This document shows, in pieces, positions 57,711 through 64,000 of a stretch of 64,000 nucleotides of DNA. How positions within the stretch are numbered: position 1 is the first letter of the stretch; each line of letters begins with the position of its first letter. Position numbers and translations under genes: made by a program. The notes under the pieces were generated by a model. That model had not been told where the DNA came from. It did not search any database and saw only the letters and a list, made by a program, of their open reading frames with translations. The stretch comes from Fimbriimonadales bacterium (GTDB lineage Bacteria; Armatimonadota; Fimbriimonadia; Fimbriimonadales; GBS-DC), in contig BPGO01000003.1 of assembly GCA_026003075.1 (NCBI GenBank), positions 150,025-214,024 on the forward strand. The letters run 5' to 3'.

Positions 57711-58117
57711 TTATCTCCCGAAGAGCTGCAACAGGTCGTACAGTTGGTGCGCATGGCGTGGGATGAGCGGGTGCGGAACATCTTGGTAGCGCTGGCTGCT
57801 CATGTGGTTGTAGTAGACATGCTCAATGGGCAAGTCTTTGCTGCGATGCCTTGCGTGATGGCGAATGCTGACATGTATTTCCGTCCCGCTGTGGCGTCAA
57901 TCACGATCCGTTCCGCAATCCGGCTTTCTTCGTTCAGAACGCGCTCAAGCGTATTCCAGAACCCCATGAAGTCGTTTTCGTCGATAGGCTCTTCATGAAA
58001 TTGGGGTTTTTTTCCACCATACCGCGGCAAGATTTCGCTTAGGTAGTGCGTGACGGTCTGGACGCTTTGACTCACCGTTTCATCAGGCGAGGCGAGCAGC
58101 ACGATGCGATCGGGCAC
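57711..58117 (-). pseudogene. Stand-alone CARF-like Rossmann domain gene, split by a 1-nt frameshift (reconstructed 135 aa)
   Basis: Frame A runs from GTG 58117: PDRIVLLASPDETV...ERIVIDATAGRKYMSAFAITQGIAAK. Frame B continues DLPIEHVYYNHMSSQRYQDVPHPLIPRHAHQLYDLLQLFGR to TAA 57713-57711. The span is 407 nt (3n-1). D-A-T-A-G-R-K fits the CARF signature [DN]x[ST]xxx[RK]. Confidence 0.45.
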
Positions 58118-58223
58118 GACCCTGTTGCTCGCACGCTTGCCAAATCGTATTGACCACCGCCATCGGGCTCCACCCGACGACGGTAATCCAGCTGCGGTGT
58201 ACCGGTTTGCTTTGCATGAGCGA

Positions 58224-59165
58224 TTATGCCTCAGCCACGACGGATTGCACCAGCGCGGCGGCTTCCGCTTCTGCCTCTTCCGTTTCGCGATAGAGTTGCT
58301 CCAGCGTCAGGCTGCGGGCGCGCGCAAGGCGATTGTCGCGTCGCATGAATTGATTCATCGCGTAGTTTAGGAATTCCTCCTTCTCCAAGCCGAACGGCAT
58401 ATTCGGCTCATAGGGTTCGAAGGTTTCCTGCACCACGCCGAGCGCGTACGGCAGAAGTTCGTTCATCGTCTCCTGAATCGCGTTCCACACGGGGTCGCCA
58501 TGCTCGGCAATCAGGCGCGAGAGCAGGTACACCCCGAACGCGATATGGCGCGATTCGTCCTGCATCATCTTGCCGATGCCCTGCACCAGTCCCGGCATCT
58601 TCTGCTGGCGTTTATAGGCTTGGAAGAAGCCGTAGTAGCCCGTTTCTGCCAGCACGCCCTCCACAATCATATTGTAGGTCACCGACGCTTCCGCTTGGGC
58701 AATCGCGGAGGGGTCATCGGTGAGCCGATGCATCGCTTGCGGGAGCGCTTCGTAGAAGATTTTGCGGTACGAGGGCGAGTGATAGCGCGATAGGTCTTCA
58801 CCCCGTACGCCTGCCACTTCGGTCAGGAAACGGTTCATAAACTCCACATGTTTCGCCTCTTCAAATAGGAACGAGGTCAAGAAAATCTCCTCTTCGAGCC
58901 TGCCTTCGCTGGCGATGACTTGAATGAGGGGCAACAGGTCTAAGGTCACGCTCTCCTCGCCGGCTTGGAAGAGCGAAATCAGGCGCAGAGTGGCGTCTTT
59001 TTGCTCGTCGGTGAAAGTTTGCCAGTCAGCGCGGTCTTGGGTGAGGTCGATCGCGGCAGGATCCCAAATGCCCAGTCGCTTCGCTTTCTGGAACATCTTC
59101 ATCGCGGGGTGGTCTCGGTTCAGCCCCCGCGCACTGGTAGTGATGAACTCCGCATGCGTGATCAT
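58224..59165 (-). CDS. R2-like ligand-binding oxidase (ribonucleotide reductase small-subunit-like di-metal protein)
   Basis: Start ATG 59165 (SD GAGGAGG): MITHAEFITTSARGLNRDHPAMKMF. Ferritin-like ExxH motifs FEEAKHVEF and QDESRHIAF. The ORF-track 59546 start is an extension. Confidence 0.75.
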   Translation of the reverse strand: MITHAEFITTSARGLNRDHPAMKMFQKAKRLGIWDPAAIDLTQDRADWQTFTDEQKDATLRLISLFQAGEESVTLDLLPLIQVIASEGRLEEEIFLTSFLFEEAKHVEFMNRFLTEVAGVRGEDLSRYHSPSYRKIFYEALPQAMHRLTDDPSAIAQAEASVTYNMIVEGVLAETGYYGFFQAYKRQQKMPGLVQGIGKMMQDESRHIAFGVYLLSRLIAEHGDPVWNAIQETMNELLPYALGVVQETFEPYEPNMPFGLEKEEFLNYAMNQFMRRDNRLARARSLTLEQLYRETEEAEAEAAALVQSVVAEA

Positions 59166-59189
59166 CGCTTGGACCTCCTCGTCTGTTAT

Positions 59190-59195
59190 AGGATA
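59190..59195 (-). promoter_or_regulatory. -10 box for the R2lox gene
   Basis: Minus strand GGGTATCCT, 24 nt before ATG 59165, with SD GAGGAGG. Confidence 0.45.
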
Positions 59196-59227
59196 CCCGA
59201 TGAGGATACTTCGATAAGTTGGTAGGG

Positions 59228-59233
59228 TACACT
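59228..59233 (+). promoter_or_regulatory. -10 box for metG
   Basis: GGGTACACT, 16 nt before ATG 59250. Confidence 0.45.
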
Positions 59234-59249
59234 TACATCCGAACGCGCC

Positions 59250-61196
59250 ATGAAACGCTACTACATCACAACGCCGATTTACTATGTCAACAGCGCGCCC
59301 CATATCGGCACCGCGCTGACCACGATTGTCGCCGACGCTTGTGCGCGCTTTCAAAAACGACGCGGGCGCGCGGTCTACTTTTTGACGGGTACCGACGAAA
59401 ACGCACCGAAAGTGCATCGCGTTGCCCAGGAGCGGGGCGTCCCGACGCAGCAGTTTGTGGACGAAATGGCGGAGGTGTTCAAAACCACCTGGCGTCAGTT
59501 GCATATTGAGTATGATGTCTTCATCCGCACGACGGAGGAACGCCACAAGCGCGTAGTCGCGGAAGTGTTTCGCAGGCTCCGCGAGCAGGGCGACATCTAC
59601 AAGGGCAGCTATCAGGGGTGGTATTGCGTCTCGTGTGAGACCTTTTTCGCCAGCAGCAAGGTGGGCGATTCAAAGACCTGTCCTGATTGCGGCAAGCCGC
59701 TGGAGTGGCGCGATGAGCCGTGCTATTACTTCCGTCTCTCCGCGTATGAGTCGCGTTTGCGCGAGCATATCGTTGCCCATCCGCAGTTTATCCAGCCCGA
59801 AGTGCGACGCAACGAGACGCTGGGGTTCATCAGCGAAGGGTTGCAGGATGTGGCGGTCAGTCGCTCGGGCGCGGATTGGGGCGTGCCCGTGCCCGATGAC
59901 CCCGAAAGTGGCGTGGTTTATGTGTGGTTCGACGCGCTGTTGAACTACCTCACGGCGACGGGCTGGCTGGAGCGCGGCGACGCCTATCGGGACACCTGGC
60001 CGCCGGAGTTGCAACTCATGGGCAAAGACATTCTGCCCCGCTTCCACGCGACGATTTGGCCCGCGATACTGATGGCGCTGGGGTTGCCTCTGCCCGAACG
60101 CCTGTACGGACACGGTTGGTGGATTGTGAACAAGCAGAAGATGTCCAAGTCGCTGGGCAATGTCTACGCGCCTGTGGATGTGGCGCAGACGCTGGCGAGC
60201 GCGTCGGGCTGCGAACTGCCCTACGCCGTGGACGCCTTCCGCTACTACATGCTCCGCGAGATGCCCACCGACGCCGACGCCGAGTTCAGCTTCGAGGGCT
60301 TCGAAGCCCGCTACAACGGCGACCTGGCAAACGATCTGGGCAACCTGCTGCACCGCACCCTGTCGATGATGCATCGCTACTTCGGCGGGCGCGTGCCCGA
60401 CGGCGCACGGTTAGACGCCGCCTTAGCAGACCTGTTCGCGCAACAGGCAGCGCGCACCACCGAAGCCTTCGAAGCGGTGGATTTCCCACGCGGACTGCGC
60501 GAAGCGTGGCAAATCATTAGCGCGGTCAACCGCTACTACGACGAGCAAGCCCCGTGGACCCTCATGAAACAGAACAACGCCGAACGCGCAGGGCAGGTGT
60601 TGTACGCAGGGTTGATTGCGGCACGGGTGCTAAGCGTACTCGTGGAGCCGGTCATGCCGCGCGTCGCCCGCGAAATCGCCAGCCAGCTCAACATCGGCGA
60701 AGTACCCCATTGGAACGAGGCGACGGTGATGAACGCTTTTCCCGCAGGGCACACCCTGCAGGAGCCGAAACCCATTTTCCCAAGACTGCAGCCCAAAAGT
60801 GGCGCGGACAAGCGTGTCCGGGCCAACAACTCGGACACGACCGTCCAAACCCCTCCCAAAACGACCATGCAAGACCTGATCACCATCGACGAGTTCAAAC
60901 GCCTGCAGATACGCATCGCGACCGTAAAAGCGGCGGAGCCTGTCCCGAAGTCGAACAAACTGCTCAAGCTCACGCTGGATGTCGGAGGCGAGGAGCGCAC
61001 CCTCGTTGCGGGCATCGCGGAGGACTACACCCCTGAACAAGTGGTGGGCAAGCAAATTCCTGTGCTGGTGAACCTGCAGCCCGCGCTGATTCGCGGCATC
61101 GTGTCGGAAGGCATGATGCTCGCGGCAGATGTCGATGGCAAAGCGGTTCTGCTCCACCCCGACCGCGAAGTGCCCAGCGGCAGCACCGTGCGCTAA
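59250..61196 (+). CDS. metG: Methionine--tRNA ligase with C-terminal tRNA-binding (EMAP/Trbp111-like) domain
   Basis: YYITTPIYYVNSAPHIGTA (HIGH), KMSKSLGN (KMSKS), a CxxC zinc knuckle, and a C-terminal FKRLQIRIATVKAAEPVPKSNKLLKLTLDVG. Confidence 0.93.
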   Translation: MKRYYITTPIYYVNSAPHIGTALTTIVADACARFQKRRGRAVYFLTGTDENAPKVHRVAQERGVPTQQFVDEMAEVFKTTWRQLHIEYDVFIRTTEERHKRVVAEVFRRLREQGDIYKGSYQGWYCVSCETFFASSKVGDSKTCPDCGKPLEWRDEPCYYFRLSAYESRLREHIVAHPQFIQPEVRRNETLGFISEGLQDVAVSRSGADWGVPVPDDPESGVVYVWFDALLNYLTATGWLERGDAYRDTWPPELQLMGKDILPRFHATIWPAILMALGLPLPERLYGHGWWIVNKQKMSKSLGNVYAPVDVAQTLASASGCELPYAVDAFRYYMLREMPTDADAEFSFEGFEARYNGDLANDLGNLLHRTLSMMHRYFGGRVPDGARLDAALADLFAQQAARTTEAFEAVDFPRGLREAWQIISAVNRYYDEQAPWTLMKQNNAERAGQVLYAGLIAARVLSVLVEPVMPRVAREIASQLNIGEVPHWNEATVMNAFPAGHTLQEPKPIFPRLQPKSGADKRVRANNSDTTVQTPPKTTMQDLITIDEFKRLQIRIATVKAAEPVPKSNKLLKLTLDVGGEERTLVAGIAEDYTPEQVVGKQIPVLVNLQPALIRGIVSEGMMLAADVDGKAVLLHPDREVPSGSTVR

Positions 61197-61215
61197 TCTT
61201 GAAACCTTTTTCGGG

Positions 61216-61221
61216 TACACT
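61216..61221 (+). promoter_or_regulatory. -10 box for pspA
   Basis: GGGTACACT, 31 nt before ATG 61253, with a GGGGG SD-like run. Confidence 0.45.
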
Positions 61222-61252
61222 TCAAAACGCCAACAACAAGGGGGCATACGAC

Positions 61253-62062
61253 ATGTTTAAGGCGTTAGCACGGTTTTGGAGATACTTAGTCGCGTGGGTG
61301 ACGGGCAAGGTGGAACAGCTCGAAGACCCCGAAGTGCTGCTGGATCAAGCGCGGCGCGAAATGCAAGAGACCCTCGCCCGCAATCGTGAGCGAGCCATCC
61401 AGGCGATTACGCAAAAGAATATGCTGCAGGCAGAGGTGGAGAAGCTGGAGCGCACGGTGCGCGATTTAGAGCGCAAAGCCGAACTCGCGCTGCAGCAGGG
61501 CAAGCGCGACCTCGCGTTGCAGATTGTGCGCGAAAAGAAGGCGCAAGAAGGCGCACTGGAGACCATGCGCGCCTCGCTGCAACAAGCCATCGAAACGGTG
61601 GAGTCGATCAAGCTCGCCATCCGCCGCCAAGAGGAAGAGGTACGCGTGAAGACCGCGCAAGCGCTCGCGATGAAAGCACGCTGGAAACAGGCGCAGATTC
61701 AGACGGCGATCAACAAAGCGCTGGAGGGCATCTCCGTCGAGAACATCGAATCGAGCTGGTCCACGGCTGAGCAGCGCATCCAGCGGGCGGAAGCGGAAGC
61801 AGCGGCGCGCCAGGAAATGGCTGCGCAGAGCCTGCAAGGGCGAATCGCTGCCCTGCAAGACGCGCAAATCGACCACGAAGCGGAAGAGGAACTGGCGAAA
61901 ATCGAGCAGCGGCTCGGACTCCGAACCGCACCCACCACCAATTCGGTCGCTGCCCAAACCACCACAACCGTTGACGATTCCGAAGCGCTCAAAGAGTTAG
62001 AAGAACTGGAACGCAAGTTGCAGACTGCTCAGGGCGATACAGGCACGCAAGGCGGAGCATAA
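61253..62062 (+). CDS. pspA: PspA/IM30 (Vipp1) family protein
   Basis: Start ATG 61253: MFKALARFWRYLVAWVTGKVEQLEDPEVLLDQARREMQETLARNRERAIQAI. Coiled coil throughout. Confidence 0.85.
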   Translation: MFKALARFWRYLVAWVTGKVEQLEDPEVLLDQARREMQETLARNRERAIQAITQKNMLQAEVEKLERTVRDLERKAELALQQGKRDLALQIVREKKAQEGALETMRASLQQAIETVESIKLAIRRQEEEVRVKTAQALAMKARWKQAQIQTAINKALEGISVENIESSWSTAEQRIQRAEAEAAARQEMAAQSLQGRIAALQDAQIDHEAEEELAKIEQRLGLRTAPTTNSVAAQTTTTVDDSEALKELEELERKLQTAQGDTGTQGGA

Positions 62063-62094
62063 ATGCTGCCCGCCTTGCCTTGCCCCAAACAGGC

Positions 62095-63090
62095 TTATTC
62101 CTGCAGTTGCGCAATCGGCATCGGAACGCCGCCCGCCGCCGCCGACTTCCACGCCGCCTCCGTGAACGCGGTAATGCGCAACGCATTCTCTGGCTTCGAT
62201 TGCACCTCCTCGCGCCCCAGAATCGCGTTCACGAAGTTAATCACGGGTTGCGACCCCGGCGGCAACTGCTCCTGCTTGTAGCGATTGCCACGCGCATCAC
62301 AAATCTCCAGTTGGTCGTGGCGAATCAGGTAGGTCGCCTCGCTGCCGACCACCGTAATCTCCTCGTGCCAGCCGACCGTCGTGCTGCCGATAATCGAGAG
62401 GTTGCCGATAGTCCCGTCGGCATACTCGAACGCCAGCGCGGAGTTGATGTCCACCTTACGATCAAAGTACTGCATATACGCGCTGACCTTCGTTGCGGGC
62501 GCGTCGATAATCCACATCAGGAAGTCCACCAGATGCGAGCCGGTGTCGTTAATCTGCCCGCCTCCTGAGAGCGCCGGGTCTTGACGCCAGGTGTTCGCTG
62601 TGCTGCGCATCCAGTTCTGCAGGTTGATGGCTTGCACAAAGTGAGGTTCACCAATTTCGCCGCGGCGGATGCCCTCGTAAACATAGCGATACACTGGGAT
62701 GTAGTGGCGCTGATAGGCGATCAAGCCGACCTTGCCCGTCTCGCGGATGCGCCGAACCAGAATCTGCGCGTGTTCCACCGTGCAGACCATCGGCTTCTCG
62801 ATCATCACATGCAGCCCTTTCTCCAGCGCTGCCATCGCCTGCTCGAAGTGCAGCGTGTGGGGCGTCACGATAATCACGCCGTCCATCTCCACTTTGTCGA
62901 GCATGTCGCGATAGTCGTCGAAGAAGGGCACGCCCTGCAGGTGTGGGAATCGCTGCAGGGTCGCGTTGCGCTGGTCTTGACTGGGTTCGGTGATGGCGAC
63001 CAGCTCCGCTTCGCTCACGCCTTGCAAGATGTTGATATGGTGGCGTGCCATACCGCCACTGCCGATTAGTCCTAAGCGTACTTTGCTCAT
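62095..63090 (-). CDS. Gfo/Idh/MocA family oxidoreductase
   Basis: MSKVRLGLIGSGGMARHHINIL (Rossmann), EKPMVCT, typical ~330 aa. Confidence 0.85.
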   Translation of the reverse strand: MSKVRLGLIGSGGMARHHINILQGVSEAELVAITEPSQDQRNATLQRFPHLQGVPFFDDYRDMLDKVEMDGVIIVTPHTLHFEQAMAALEKGLHVMIEKPMVCTVEHAQILVRRIRETGKVGLIAYQRHYIPVYRYVYEGIRRGEIGEPHFVQAINLQNWMRSTANTWRQDPALSGGGQINDTGSHLVDFLMWIIDAPATKVSAYMQYFDRKVDINSALAFEYADGTIGNLSIIGSTTVGWHEEITVVGSEATYLIRHDQLEICDARGNRYKQEQLPPGSQPVINFVNAILGREEVQSKPENALRITAFTEAAWKSAAAGGVPMPIAQLQE

Positions 63091-63166
63091 GTTTCAGCCT
63101 CCAAAAGGGGTGTTTTTTTGACCTGCGCCTGTTTCGATAGTGGGGGCGATGTTCCTGCTTAACAGG

Positions 63167-63172
63167 TATCCT
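63167..63172 (+). promoter_or_regulatory. -10 box for guaA (leaderless geometry)
   Basis: ACAGGTATCCT, then 8 nt, then ATG 63181. Confidence 0.45.
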
Positions 63173-63180
63173 ATACGCTG

Positions 63181-64000
63181 ATGACAACCCCAATTGGCGC
63201 ACACGAGCAAGTGGTGATTTTGGACTTCGGTGGGCAGTACACGCAGCTGATTGCGCGGCGCGTGCGGGAATGCAATGTGTTCTGCGAGATCGTGCCCTAC
63301 GAGGTGCCGCTTTCTGAATTACGCGCCCGTCGTCCTAAGGGGGTGATTCTCTCGGGGGGACCTGCCAGCGTGTATGAACCCGACGCTCCGCGCGTTGACC
63401 CCGCGCTGTTCACGCTGGGCATTCCTGTGCTGGGCATCTGCTACGGGCATCAACTGATGGCGCATCTGTTAGGGGGGACGGTGTCGCCTGCGCCCCAGCG
63501 CGAGTACGGACGCACGCTGCTGACCGTAGTGCATGCGGATCCGCTGTTCGAAGAACTCGACTTCCACCTCACCTGCTGGATGAGCCATGGCGACAGGGTG
63601 GAGACACCGCCTGCAGGGTTCGTCACGCTGGCGGAGACCGAGAACACCCCCGTCGCCGCGATGGGCGATTTGGAACGCCACCTCTACGGCGTGCAGTTTC
63701 ACCCCGAAGTGGCGCACACCCCGTTTGGCATGCACCTACTGCGCAATTTTCTCTACAAAGTCTGCGGTTGCAAAGGCGACTGGACAATGCGCCACTTTAT
63801 TCAAGAGAGCATCGCCAGCATCCGCGAGCGGGTGGGACGCGAGCGGGTGCTTTGCGCCGTGAGTGGAGGCGTCGACTCATGCACGGTCGCCGCGCTGGTG
63901 CAACAGGCGATTGGCGAGCAGCTCACCTGTATTTTTGTAGACCACGGACTCATGCGTGAGGGCGAGCCAGAACAGGTGCGCACGCTCTTCACCCAGCATT
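63181..64000 (+). CDS. guaA: GMP synthase (glutamine-hydrolysing), N-terminal 273 codons (runs off the window end)
   Basis: Not in the ORF track (open at edge). Own translation: [40 protein letters not shown]...[10 protein letters not shown]...FHPEVAHT...[15 protein letters not shown]. Confidence 0.93.
   Translation, partial: MTTPIGAHEQVVILDFGGQYTQLIARRVRECNVFCEIVPYEVPLSELRARRPKGVILSGGPASVYEPDAPRVDPALFTLGIPVLGICYGHQLMAHLLGGTVSPAPQREYGRTLLTVVHADPLFEELDFHLTCWMSHGDRVETPPAGFVTLAETENTPVAAMGDLERHLYGVQFHPEVAHTPFGMHLLRNFLYKVCGCKGDWTMRHFIQESIASIRERVGRERVLCAVSGGVDSCTVAALVQQAIGEQLTCIFVDHGLMREGEPEQVRTLFTQH

Noticed and set aside
57533-57781. 82-aa version of the micro-ORF (MFRTRSSHAMRTNCTTCCSSSGDK...)
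   Set aside because: Its first 24 codons overlap the better-looking downstream frame of the frameshifted CARF-like gene and are S/T/C/R-rich. ATG 57709 directly after that gene's stop is the more plausible start.

Overview
High-GC (about 60% by eye), densely coding bacterial chromosomal segment with about 56 CDS on both strands. I saw no rRNA, tRNA, CRISPR array, transposase or integrase. Most genes are housekeeping. They include hppA (partial, left edge), a thioester alpha-2-macroglobulin, an M16 peptidase, a LemA/TPM pair, dnaE, a SigH-like sigma factor, wecB and a nuoH-J-K mini-cluster. Further along are a Kef-type antiporter, an acyl-CoA dehydrogenase, clpC, tlpA-dapF, a DUF1559-type prepilin, csp, a HisJ-type phosphatase and smpB. 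The right half carries TetR, clpS, DJ-1, an MFS transporter, secDF, an lpxC-fabZ-lpxA-lpxB operon, HD-GYP/VanW/GGDEF genes, clpB, R2lox, metG, pspA and guaA (partial, right edge). The lpx operon implies a diderm LPS producer. The DUF1559 prepilin hints at an Armatimonadota- or Planctomycetota-like lineage, but that is inference only. The best candidate for something new is a three-gene minus-strand cassette at 56575-58117. It encodes a stand-alone CARF-like sensor split by a 1-nt frameshift, a 58-aa micro-ORF and a PIN/NYN-like nuclease, with no cas genes or signal cyclase anywhere in the window. The second notable result is a recurrent -10 promoter motif, GG-TA[TC]N[ACT]T, upstream of nearly every transcription unit. 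About ten of these lie only 7-11 nt before the start codon, which predicts leaderless mRNAs and lets many ORF-track N-terminal extensions be trimmed. Protein family calls come from reading the supplied translations and my own translation of edge ORFs; no database search was run. Coordinates were phase-checked against the ORF track.
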